Assembly (NCBI GenBank): GCA_949096025.1
Contig: CARXKP010000003.1
Coordinates: 1-61,871, forward strand
Length of the DNA: 61,871 nt
Direction: 5' to 3'
From: an uncultured Eubacteriales bacterium
GTDB lineage: Bacteria > Bacillota > Clostridia > Christensenellales > UBA1242
The translations under genes and the position numbers were made by a program. The stretch's first letter is position 1; the number at the start of each line of letters is the position of its first letter. Under the pieces are notes generated by a model. It searched no databases. It was not told where the DNA came from and worked only from the letters and a program-made list of their open reading frames with translations. This document shows positions 43,122 to 51,642 of this stretch, in pieces.

Positions 43122-44951
43122 CTACTCCACTGTCACCGATTTAGCAAGAGAGCGAGGTTTATCTGGATTATTTCCAAGCCTAACTGAGGTATAATAAGAG
43201 ATCAGTTGCATATAAACAACCGCTATGAGTGGCATATATTTTTCTTCCACTTCAGGCAAGCTTAACTGCATAAAAGCATTGTTTTCTTCAAATTGAGTCA
43301 ACTTAATTATCTTTCCTCCGCGAGCAGAGATTTCTTTTTCACTGCTTTGAGTCTTGTCTTTTACCATTTTTTGCGTAATAAATGAAAATACAAATGTTTT
43401 GTCATCAATAAGCGATATTGTACCGTGTTTTAATTCTCCTGCCGGGTATGCTTCACAGTGAATGTATGAAATTTCTTTAAGTTTTAAACTCGCCTCTCGT
43501 GCAAGGTCATAATCTAAGCCTCTGCCTATCATATAAATACTTTTCGACTGATAAATCTCATCTGCCACCTTTTGACAAATAGGTTTGATTTTATTGTGAC
43601 TGATAACTTTAGCCACATCTAGTAATTTTACAACCTCTCTATCAAAATCTTTAGCATTATCATCTAAAACTGATTTAAAATAAGATGAAATTAGATAAAA
43701 CAGTGCTACTTGAGAGTTATAAGCCTTTGTGCTAGCAACACCAATTTCAGCGCCCGCACTTGTATATATCACCCTATCTGCTACAAAACAAATGGAACTG
43801 TTTTTAACATTTGTCATAGCAAGGGTTAGCAAATTATTTTCCTTACACTTTGATAGAGCTTTTATGGTATCTGCCGTTTCTCCACTTTGACTTACAAAAA
43901 TAGCAAGGGTGTTTTTCTCTGGAATAAAGGTATTATACCTAAACTCTGATGCAATTTCCACCTCCGACTTTATTCCAATTTCTTCAAAAAGCCTTTTTCC
44001 AATAAGTCCTGCGTGATAGGCTGTTCCACAACCAATTATTAAAATCTTTTTAATCTTTCTTACAACATTTAATGGCAAAACTGTTCTCATTTTTTCGTAA
44101 CTGTTGTACTGTTCTATCGTTCTTGTTATCGCTCTTGGAATTTCATCTATCTCCTTTAACATAAAATGAGAATAATTCCCAAGATTTCCTCTTTCCTCTC
44201 TGTGACAGTCTGCCATATTTTTTAATTTCTTAGGCTTTAAGTTTTCGTCATAAACACTAACGTTTCCCTTTTCAACAACAGCAAACTGATTATCTTCAAG
44301 AATAAATGCACACTTTCCAACTTTTATACTGTTAAGGTCAGAACAAACAACACCTGCTTCTTCGTCACATCCAACTACTACAGGACTTCCATATTTTGCT
44401 ACTAAAATTTTATCCTTTTCGTAAGTCGTCAATACCGCTAAAGCGAAACTGCCTTTAATCATTCTACAAACTTTATTTAATGTGCTTAAAGCACTTCCGT
44501 CATAATATTTTTCAAGTAGATGAGCAACAACTTCACTATCTGTATCACTCACAAAACGCTTTGGAGAGAACTGTTTTTTTAACTCTTCAAAGTTTTCTAT
44601 TATTCCATTATGTACAATTACCCATTTCCCATTTTTACTAATATGAGGATGAGCATTCGCAACACTAGGCTTGCCGTGGGTAGCCCAACGAGTATGACCA
44701 ATTGCAATATCCCCTATAGGAAGGCATTTATTAATAACTTCCTCAAGACAAGACATCTGACCTTCGCTTTTTATAACAGTTAAGTTTTTAAATCTCTTAA
44801 TATGCTCATTATTATCAGCATACTCACAATCTAGATTATCTCCAATAAAAGCAATGCCCGCACTATCATAGCCTCGATATTCAAGTCTTTTAAGCCCACC
44901 CATAACTTCATTAATACTGTTTCTTCCTATGTAACCATAAATTCCACACAT
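43122..44951 (-). CDS. glmS: Glutamine--fructose-6-phosphate aminotransferase
   Basis: MCGIYGYIG N-terminal nucleophile, two SIS domains, C-terminal LAKSVTVE. Confidence 0.95.
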   Translation of the reverse strand: MCGIYGYIGRNSINEVMGGLKRLEYRGYDSAGIAFIGDNLDCEYADNNEHIKRFKNLTVIKSEGQMSCLEEVINKCLPIGDIAIGHTRWATHGKPSVANAHPHISKNGKWVIVHNGIIENFEELKKQFSPKRFVSDTDSEVVAHLLEKYYDGSALSTLNKVCRMIKGSFALAVLTTYEKDKILVAKYGSPVVVGCDEEAGVVCSDLNSIKVGKCAFILEDNQFAVVEKGNVSVYDENLKPKKLKNMADCHREERGNLGNYSHFMLKEIDEIPRAITRTIEQYNSYEKMRTVLPLNVVRKIKKILIIGCGTAYHAGLIGKRLFEEIGIKSEVEIASEFRYNTFIPEKNTLAIFVSQSGETADTIKALSKCKENNLLTLAMTNVKNSSICFVADRVIYTSAGAEIGVASTKAYNSQVALFYLISSYFKSVLDDNAKDFDREVVKLLDVAKVISHNKIKPICQKVADEIYQSKSIYMIGRGLDYDLAREASLKLKEISYIHCEAYPAGELKHGTISLIDDKTFVFSFITQKMVKDKTQSSEKEISARGGKIIKLTQFEENNAFMQLSLPEVEEKYMPLIAVVYMQLISYYTSVRLGNNPDKPRSLAKSVTVE

Positions 44952-45051
44952 AAATTTTTCTCCTAAATTGCATTCTCAGCACAATACAATTTATGAAATA
45001 ATAGATAGTTGTGATAGTCAAAAGAAAAATTAGCCCTCCTTAAGTAATAAC

Positions 45052-45080
45052 CAAACAAAAAACGCCTCAATAATTGAGGC
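45052..45080 (-). terminator. Terminator after spoIIP
   Basis: On the minus strand: GCCTCAAT-t-ATTGAGGC followed by GTTTTTTGTTTGG. Confidence 0.7.
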
Positions 45081-45088
45081 ATTTAAAG

Positions 45089-46246
45089 TTATTTATTTGT
45101 ATTTTCTTTATCTTCCTTTCTCTTTAAAATTATTCCACCTACTCCTAATAGGAAAACAGTGAAAATAGATAATGCGAGGGCAGCAATCCATCCTTTACTT
45201 GATGCTTTAGGAAGTTCTTTTTCTGTAATTGTTTGATTATTATCAGTTAAACTATCATTATTATTTTCAAAATTAGGTGGTTTAACTCCGACCACATCAT
45301 TTGGCTTTACAGTTTCATCTACTATAATGTTTCCCTCTTCATCAACCTTGCTACCAAATAATGATGTATCAACAACTTCGGCAAGCAGTGGCAAAGAATT
45401 TAAAACATATTCCTTTTCAATAAGGTAAGTCCCCATTTCAAAAAGAAGTGCTGTAGGTTGAAGTGCTTGATTATAATGACCTTTACCTAAATATATATCA
45501 GAGAATAAAAATGGATATTTATCATTACCAAGAGCAAAAAGAGTTTGGGCAAATTCAAAATTTTCATTAAAATTAGGATTTGACTTACCGAGAACCATTC
45601 TTATCTTGCTGTAACTTTTTCCGTTGTTTGTGACATAGTAGTAACTCTTGCTTACTCCGTCGCGATGAACATCAAACATAGCATCAGGTCGTTGTTCATT
45701 CAAAAGTCTTTGAGCGGTAACAGCTGATCTAGAATAGGCAGTGTTATTGTGAGGAATATGTAACGATTCATCAAGAATTACTTGTATCCCTTTCTTTTCG
45801 AGCTGTTCTTTAAAGTCCTTAGCAACATCGTGTATTCCACCCTTCCCATAAATACTATCATAACCGTCCGTTGGAGTATAACTTTCATCATTATGGGTCA
45901 TATAAAGACAAATTTTCTTTTTTAACTCGCCACGCTGTGACATCTTATCCTTCGCAACATCTTTTTTAGTCGAAATCTTAGGTGGCTGTTTTTTCTCGAC
46001 GAGGACAGCATAACCTTTGTGATTATCTATATGAGTTATTTTATATAAAGAAAAGTCAGCAGTGATAAATTCGTCCCCTATTTCAATCTGGCTTTTTTCA
46101 CAAATGATATCTCCGTTTTCATTATAGATAACATAATTTTCATAAGGCAGTCCATCAGCATAAACAAATAGACTAACCCCTGCGATTTGACAACCAGAAA
46201 AAATCATTAGCGAAAAAATTAACATTAGGATAATTTTATTTTTCAT
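45089..46246 (-). CDS. spoIIP: Stage II sporulation protein P (amidase-like), with an extra C-terminal TM anchor
   Basis: ICLYMTHNDESYTP, IHDVAKDF..., FDVHRDG, and RMVLGKSNPNF. The C-terminus is WIAALALSIFTVFLLGVGGIILKRKEDK. Confidence 0.8.
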   Translation of the reverse strand: MKNKIILMLIFSLMIFSGCQIAGVSLFVYADGLPYENYVIYNENGDIICEKSQIEIGDEFITADFSLYKITHIDNHKGYAVLVEKKQPPKISTKKDVAKDKMSQRGELKKKICLYMTHNDESYTPTDGYDSIYGKGGIHDVAKDFKEQLEKKGIQVILDESLHIPHNNTAYSRSAVTAQRLLNEQRPDAMFDVHRDGVSKSYYYVTNNGKSYSKIRMVLGKSNPNFNENFEFAQTLFALGNDKYPFLFSDIYLGKGHYNQALQPTALLFEMGTYLIEKEYVLNSLPLLAEVVDTSLFGSKVDEEGNIIVDETVKPNDVVGVKPPNFENNNDSLTDNNQTITEKELPKASSKGWIAALALSIFTVFLLGVGGIILKRKEDKENTNK

Positions 46247-46319
46247 ATGTTTATTGTGTCACAAATATGTGAAATAATACATTTTATCACTTAAAAACGC
46301 AAATTTTGATATTTTCAAC

Positions 46320-46341
46320 AAAAAAAGATGCAAATTGCACC
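46320..46341 (-). terminator. Weak terminator after the PIN-operon
   Basis: On the minus strand: GGTGCA-att-TGCATC followed by a T7 run. Confidence 0.45.
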
Positions 46342-46342
46342 T

Positions 46343-47362
46343 TTAATTCATTTCATATTCATCTTTAAATCTTTCACTTTCGCTTTCTATATGTTCAAGC
46401 TTAACAAGCGAACTTTCCCTTTCAGATTGATAATAGCACCTCTTTGAAATCTCTTCAGGCGAATATGCAAGAGTAAATGTAAAACCTTTATCCTTATATA
46501 ATGAAATAATGTCAATCATATTATCCCTTCTTCTTTCATTCCAAGGACTCTCTTCTTTATCACAAATAAAATCTTGAAGATTGAAGGATACTAAAGGAAT
46601 TCCCGCTAAAATGGCTTCTGCCATAATCTGCACATCGCCATACTCATCAACAGAATTAAATTCTTTTTTCATTGGAGATGTATCTTCTCTTGATTTTATC
46701 TGTAATTTTTCAACCACATCATCTCTAATCTGTAAAACTTTCTCATCTTCAATTTTAATTAATGTTATATATTCCTTTAGAAAACGATCAACATCTTCTT
46801 CAAGCAATAACATTCCTTTTGTTTTTCCATTTGTTTTCTCTTCAATATGATTTTCTACTTCTTTTAAAGTTGAACTTGTTATACATAAGTCAACATTTCC
46901 TGATAGGCTTTCAAGCAATAATTGTCCTGCCTGATATATTTGAGAAACTTTTGAATATTCTTCCTTTAGCCAATTTAAAAAATCCTCATCATATTTAGAT
47001 TCATTTACCTCATCAACAAAATTCTTGCCTCTTTGATATTCTTCCTCAGTTGGTTTTTTAACAAAGTAACCATTAGGTGCAACGAAATCACCCTTTTCAT
47101 AGTCTTTTAGAACTTTACTTTCTTTTTGAAATCTTTTATTAATATATTGAATATATTCTTCAACCATATTATCAATCGGACTATTCTTTGAAGGAGTAAA
47201 ACTTTTTATCATTGCACCTTTAATTTTTTCTTCCAAGAAATCCTTTTCTAATTTTCTTTCATAAAGGTAAGCCTCATATTTTTTATAGCCTCTTTCTTTA
47301 AATTTATTGTTTTCTGACACAAGTCTTAAAACAACACAGGTATCAACGGATAGCTTTTTCAT
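46343..47362 (-). CDS. PIN-domain nuclease-like protein with about 150-aa insertion (339 aa)
   Basis: PIN acidic residues lie in their usual local contexts: D7 (LSVDTCVVL), E168 (ITSSTLKEVE), D243 (YGDVQIMAEAILAGIPLVS) and D264 (NLQDF). The SD GGAGGAATAGT sits inside the upstream gene's end, with a 1-nt gap. Confidence 0.55.
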   Translation of the reverse strand: MKKLSVDTCVVLRLVSENNKFKERGYKKYEAYLYERKLEKDFLEEKIKGAMIKSFTPSKNSPIDNMVEEYIQYINKRFQKESKVLKDYEKGDFVAPNGYFVKKPTEEEYQRGKNFVDEVNESKYDEDFLNWLKEEYSKVSQIYQAGQLLLESLSGNVDLCITSSTLKEVENHIEEKTNGKTKGMLLLEEDVDRFLKEYITLIKIEDEKVLQIRDDVVEKLQIKSREDTSPMKKEFNSVDEYGDVQIMAEAILAGIPLVSFNLQDFICDKEESPWNERRRDNMIDIISLYKDKGFTFTLAYSPEEISKRCYYQSERESSLVKLEHIESESERFKDEYEMN

Positions 47363-47363
47363 A

Positions 47364-47957
47364 CTATTCCTCCTCTTCCGTTGACCTAACTTCTACAACG
47401 CTCTTAAATTTGCCTTTATATTTTTCGTGAATTCGCCTGTCTTCTTCTCTGAGAAATTTTTTTCTTTCCTCTTCTGTCATTGCAGAAAGCATTTTTACTC
47501 TCTCCCGACGAGATTCTTCAATTTGTTTTTGAATTAATTTAAAATTTTGATATTCCCTCTCGTCCCGTTCGTCCCATTCTTTTCTTATACGATCTCTTTC
47601 TTCTTTTGGGTATTTAGATAGACTCTCTCCACTTAGAACCACTTTCTGATTGAAACTTACAACCCATAAGTTTTCTAATATTTCAATACGATTGTTTAAA
47701 AAGTCAACAACCTTGTCACCGCTTTTTTTTATTACTTCTTCGACTTCTTTTCTAAAGTCTTTTTGCCCTAGCATATCCGCCAATTTATTGTTTTCTTCAA
47801 CCAAAAAAGTAATCCTTTCTAATCCTTGAAGGTTTTTGAGAGATTCTTCTCTTTCTTTATGGATTTTTTCAAGTTTTTCAAGAGCCTCTGCTTGTGCTTT
47901 TGCATTCTTTGCATCTCTTTCAGCATACCTTGCTTTTAAGTCTTTAGGGATTTCCAC
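47364..47957 (-). CDS. Hypothetical highly charged coiled-coil protein (197 aa)
   Basis: The GTG start is preceded by AGGAGGGTAAGGAAA. K/E/R-rich heptad-like sequence ending in TEEEE. No recognisable domain. Confidence 0.7.
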   Translation of the reverse strand: MEIPKDLKARYAERDAKNAKAQAEALEKLEKIHKEREESLKNLQGLERITFLVEENNKLADMLGQKDFRKEVEEVIKKSGDKVVDFLNNRIEILENLWVVSFNQKVVLSGESLSKYPKEERDRIRKEWDERDEREYQNFKLIQKQIEESRRERVKMLSAMTEEERKKFLREEDRRIHEKYKGKFKSVVEVRSTEEEE

Positions 47958-47985
47958 TTTCCTTACCCTCCTAGAAATGGATATT

Positions 47986-48789
47986 CTACTCTTTTTCTCC
48001 GTTTAAATTTAGATTATCTTTATATTCTTGAGTTTCTTTGGAAAGTTCTCTGCTGGCAAGGTTTTTAAGTAAGAGATTTCCAAGGGCTTTCTCTTTATCA
48101 GAGCCTCTAAACATTAAAAGGTTTTTTCCAAGGGCAAATTGCACTAATGTATCTTCCTTATCTTTTTTATAAGCTTTCATTAGTCCCTTTCTTGTTATTT
48201 TAACGCATTTTCTAAGATCGGCAAGATCAAACATTGGCATACTTCGTTGGAGTTCTACCGCCCTTTCACAGAAAAGTGGATTCTTTGTTTGAAGTCCTAT
48301 ATTCCAGTATTCTCCAATACATTCCTTTTTAAGTTTTATAAATGAAATATTATAAAAGTCCTTTTCAAGTTCCTTCTTTTGTTCAAATTTTCGGTTTGCC
48401 TGTCTTTCTATATCTCTTTGTTCAGCGTACTCTACAATAAGAGTGTTATCATATTTTCTCTGTAATTCGTTAATATCATCTTCAATTTCAGAAATAGCCA
48501 AAATAAGTTTGTCTACTTTTACAATATCTTCTGCTTTGTCAAAACGAAGTTTATTTGCTTTAGCAAAGTCCTCATCTGGATTGATACCCTTATAATTTTC
48601 TACAATTTCATCAACCTTAGGGCTTCTATCTTTACGAAAAAAGAATAGATAAAATGATTGTACTGCATTTATCTGTCCCATTTCAGCAAGAGCTTTTAAA
48701 GCATCTTTATCAATCTCGCGGTAAAGCATATAATTTGACCAAATTGTAATAAAATCATTATCTAGTTTTGTTAAATTTCCTTGTAACAT
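47986..48789 (-). CDS. Hypothetical helical protein (267 aa)
   Basis: Track ORF trimmed to the ATG at 48789, preceded by TGGAGGCAAAA. No recognisable domain. Confidence 0.7.
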   Translation of the reverse strand: MLQGNLTKLDNDFITIWSNYMLYREIDKDALKALAEMGQINAVQSFYLFFFRKDRSPKVDEIVENYKGINPDEDFAKANKLRFDKAEDIVKVDKLILAISEIEDDINELQRKYDNTLIVEYAEQRDIERQANRKFEQKKELEKDFYNISFIKLKKECIGEYWNIGLQTKNPLFCERAVELQRSMPMFDLADLRKCVKITRKGLMKAYKKDKEDTLVQFALGKNLLMFRGSDKEKALGNLLLKNLASRELSKETQEYKDNLNLNGEKE

Positions 48790-48854
48790 TTTTGCCTCCA
48801 TTTTTTCTTTATAAGTATACATTACTTCACTTTGAAAGTCAATACAAACCTTTG

Positions 48855-48883
48855 TTGACTATTTGATAAATATATTATATAAT
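48855..48883 (+). promoter_or_regulatory. Consensus-like sigma-A promoter of HD-domain gene
   Basis: TTGACT (48855-48860), 17 nt, TATAAT (48878-48883). Confidence 0.6.
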
Positions 48884-48900
48884 AATTTAGTGAGGACAAT

Positions 48901-49545
48901 ATGAAAGATATAAACACCAATTTAAAAAAGTATATTGAGAAAAATATACTCCCTTGCTACGACACATTTGACCACGGTCACGATAGCAGACATATCAACG
49001 CGGTTATTGAAAGAGCCCTTGAATTTGCAAAAGAGTTAAATAACCCAAAAATTAATATGAACATAGTTTATACTTCCGCTGCCTATCACGACATTGGTAT
49101 GATTGTTGCAAGAAAGGGTCACGCAAAACATTCACACGATTATGTTCTTTCTGATAAAGGTTTAAAAGATTTTTTCAATAATGAAGAAATAACTCTTATT
49201 GCTGAGGCTTGCGAGGACCATTCAACCTCAACTGGCAGAACTCCCCGCTCAATTTATGGTAAAATAGTGTCAGACGCAGATAAAGATAATGATATGGATA
49301 TATCTCTAATGAGAGCCTGGGATTATTCTATTCATAATTTCCCTAATTTAACCGAAGAGGAACACATTAATGATATTCATAAGGAAATTGTAAAAAGATT
49401 TGGTGAAGGAGGATCTGTTAAATTTTATCTACCTGCTGAAAAAATACAATCCTTTTTAAAACAGATGAGACACTATGCAGAAAACAAAGAAGATTTTGCT
49501 GATGCTATGAGAGAGCTTCTTTCAAGACAGCAAGAAAAAGATTAA
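48901..49545 (+). CDS. HD-domain phosphohydrolase
   Basis: HGHDSRHI, AAYHDIGM, EDHS, SDADK. Confidence 0.75.
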   Translation: MKDINTNLKKYIEKNILPCYDTFDHGHDSRHINAVIERALEFAKELNNPKINMNIVYTSAAYHDIGMIVARKGHAKHSHDYVLSDKGLKDFFNNEEITLIAEACEDHSTSTGRTPRSIYGKIVSDADKDNDMDISLMRAWDYSIHNFPNLTEEEHINDIHKEIVKRFGEGGSVKFYLPAEKIQSFLKQMRHYAENKEDFADAMRELLSRQQEKD

Positions 49546-49554
49546 TTTAAGAAT

Positions 49555-49583
49555 ACGCAATCAATTATTGGTTGCGTTTTTTG
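49555..49583 (+). terminator. Terminator after HD-domain gene
   Basis: ACGCAATCA-attat-TGGTTGCGT followed by TTTTTG. Confidence 0.65.
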
Positions 49584-49640
49584 TTAAGAATGGTTTCACA
49601 AAAATAAGATTTACATCATATTAAAAAGAAGGAGGATACA

Positions 49641-50210
49641 ATGAATATTGTTCAAAAATTAAGTGATAACACTAAAGAATATATAGATAATTTTTATAAA
49701 ATTTTAGATGAAATGACAGAAAATATGAGGGCTGTTTCACCAAACGCCAGCATTTCTGACACCTTTATTCGTCAAATGATTCCTCATCACGAAGCAGCAA
49801 TTAAAATGAGTGAAAATATCTTAAATTTTACTACAGACACTGCCATTGAAGAACTAGCAAAAAACATAATAACCGACCAAACAAAAGAAATTTCTAAAAT
49901 GCAATATATGCTTGAGGACTGTTCTGCTATAACCAATAGTGAAGTGGATATCAATCTTTATATGCGAGAATACAATGTTATATTTGACAATATGATTAAA
50001 AAAATGAATAATTCAAGTTCAACCAATAATCTTAACGCAAACTTTTTGACAGAAATGATTCCACACCACGAAAGTACAATTAATATGGCAAAAAATGTAC
50101 TCAAATATGAAATTTGTCAAGACCTTAAAAAACTTGCTGAAAATATAGTTGTTTCTCAGTCAGCACAGCTTACACTAATGCAAAATCTACTTAGAGGAAG
50201 AATGTTTTAA
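49641..50210 (+). CDS. DUF305-family (ferritin-like four-helix) protein
   Basis: Duplicated FIRQMIPHHEAAIKMSE and FLTEMIPHHESTINMAK motifs. SD is AAGGAGGA. Confidence 0.75.
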   Translation: MNIVQKLSDNTKEYIDNFYKILDEMTENMRAVSPNASISDTFIRQMIPHHEAAIKMSENILNFTTDTAIEELAKNIITDQTKEISKMQYMLEDCSAITNSEVDINLYMREYNVIFDNMIKKMNNSSSTNNLNANFLTEMIPHHESTINMAKNVLKYEICQDLKKLAENIVVSQSAQLTLMQNLLRGRMF

Positions 50211-50267
50211 TTAATAATAATAAAAAGCATTTTGATTTTATATTTTACAACATTTCTTAATACAAAC

Positions 50268-50295
50268 AAAAACAAGTCTTTGTAGACTTGTTTTT
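50268..50295. terminator. Bidirectional terminator
   Basis: AAAAACAAGTCT-ttgt-AGACTTGTTTTT. Confidence 0.75.
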
Positions 50296-50298
50296 AGT

Positions 50299-51054
50299 TT
50301 AATATTTATAATAATCATCAATGCCATCTAGAACTATTTCATCTTCACTTAAATCTAATTTTTCTTCTATTTTTCTTAATGAAAACTTTCTATTAAGTTC
50401 TTCAATAAATGCAATCTGCCCCGTATTCGCAGCTCTTCCAAGAGGAATGGCATAAGAAGGCTTACCTCTAGCATAATCTTGTTTATCTCTGATTATTTTA
50501 GTCACATCTTTAACAAGTTGTTCATCACCTTGTTTTACAACCATATCAACAAATTCATCAAAAATATAAAATCCTGGTGCACAAGTACGGTAACCACGAG
50601 CATTACTTGCAAGTTCAGTGATTGCTTCTGCATCTTTGGTTTTAACAACAGCATCAACAAGTTTTAAGAACTGCTTTCTATCTATGCTATAAACGTGCAT
50701 TGCAAATAATGCCATTCCCGTACTATCTTTAGTTTCAAGTTCAGCCTCAAAGAGCCCCTCTAAAAACTCTGGGTGTTCTTTATTTGTAAGGTTTGCACAT
50801 CTATAAATCTTTTCACCATCTTTCGACTCTATTGCAAGATTGACATAGTCATTTAAATCTTTTTGATTTAAACCTTCTACAACCTCGCTTCCCCAAAACA
50901 TATCAGCAAACAGAAATATATTATTAAAGTCGATTTCAAGTGCTCTAGCAACTGCTTCTTTTAAATATGGTGAATACCCACCTCTATTCCCATTGTTAGC
51001 ACTAGTTCTAGTATAATGTTCATCAAGTTTTTTTAAAGTCTCTTTTGATAACAT
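50299..51054 (-). CDS. Hypothetical protein (251 aa)
   Basis: ATG is preceded by AAAGGAGATAAAA. No recognisable domain. Confidence 0.7.
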   Translation of the reverse strand: MLSKETLKKLDEHYTRTSANNGNRGGYSPYLKEAVARALEIDFNNIFLFADMFWGSEVVEGLNQKDLNDYVNLAIESKDGEKIYRCANLTNKEHPEFLEGLFEAELETKDSTGMALFAMHVYSIDRKQFLKLVDAVVKTKDAEAITELASNARGYRTCAPGFYIFDEFVDMVVKQGDEQLVKDVTKIIRDKQDYARGKPSYAIPLGRAANTGQIAFIEELNRKFSLRKIEEKLDLSEDEIVLDGIDDYYKY

Positions 51055-51325
51055 TTTTATCTCCTTTTTAAATTATAGCATCTTAATTCTGTTTGTCAAG
51101 ATAAGAATTTTGGTTTTATGTAATTTGTCATTTTCTTTCAATTACTACTACTCTTAAATATTTATTTTCTTTAAGTAAATTAAGTTCCTTTTTACCTATT
51201 TCTTTCATATTTAAAAATTTAATTAAAAATTCATCTAAACTTATTTTTTCAAATTTCTCCTTTAAAATATTACAAAAAATTTAGAAGTAGACACTTAAGA
51301 CCTTTGCATATAAACCTCGCATACT

Positions 51326-51408
51326 AAAAATCCTTGTAAAAACAAAATTTTAATTTTAAGACAATCTTAAACTTGCAGGTTGATGAAATCAACTTATTAT
51401 AAAGTATT
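51326..51408 (+). repeat. Unit A of a tandem about 85-nt structured repeat (candidate ncRNA element)
   Basis: aaaaatCCTTGT...TTAATTTTAAGACAATC...hairpin AGGTTGAT-gaa-ATCAACTT...AAAGTATT. It aligns with unit B 130 nt downstream. Confidence 0.5.
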
Positions 51409-51455
51409 ATTACAAAAATGCAAACCTACTTGTATAAGTAAATACAACACAACAA

Positions 51456-51540
51456 AAAAATACTTGTGAGAAGTAAAATCTTTAATTTTAGAACAATCGC
51501 AAGATAGTCAGTTGGCTTCAGCCAACTTCTTACAAGTATT
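51456..51540 (+). repeat. Unit B of the tandem structured repeat (candidate ncRNA element)
   Basis: aaaaatACTTGT...TTAATTTTAGAACAATC...hairpin AGTTGGC-ttca-GCCAACT. It is enclosed by an 11-13 bp outer stem, TACTTGTGAGAAG/CTTCTTACAAGTA, with one G-T pair on the plus strand. Confidence 0.5.
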
Positions 51541-51600
51541 AAAACTTTTTCTTATTATTTTTTCAACATTAAAAAATAATTATGAAAGTTAAATCTATTT

Positions 51601-51638
51601 AAAAAAAAGAGAAATATCTAAAAGATAAATCTCTTTTT
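51601..51638 (-). terminator. Terminator after the 774-aa gene
   Basis: On the minus strand: AAAAGAGA-17 nt-TCTCTTTT followed by TTTTAAAT. Confidence 0.55.
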
Positions 51639-51642
51639 AAAA

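Noticed and set aside
44952-45060. I looked for a glmS ribozyme in the glmS 5' leader, and for T-box or other riboswitches upstream of gltX and other biosynthetic genes.
   Set aside because: Only about 110 nt separate the spoIIP terminator from the glmS ATG, and nothing resembles the conserved glmS ribozyme core. The gltX leader is too short for a T-box. The absence is noted, but it cannot be proven without a covariance-model scan.
45952-46320. I considered sporulation-sigma (F/G/E) promoter assignment and leaderless translation for spoIIP.
   Set aside because: A CACAATA element 5 nt before the ATG loosely fits a sigma-G/F -10, but the -35 match (GTATT) is imperfect. I cannot discriminate among sigma factors by eye, so it is left unannotated.
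51326-51540. I considered that the tandem repeats could be a CRISPR array or an invertible DNA switch.
   Set aside because: There are only two units, and they are imperfect and about 85 nt long with a 130-nt period. No cas genes are present. The inverted repeat of unit B encloses only about 55 bp, and no recombinase is nearby.
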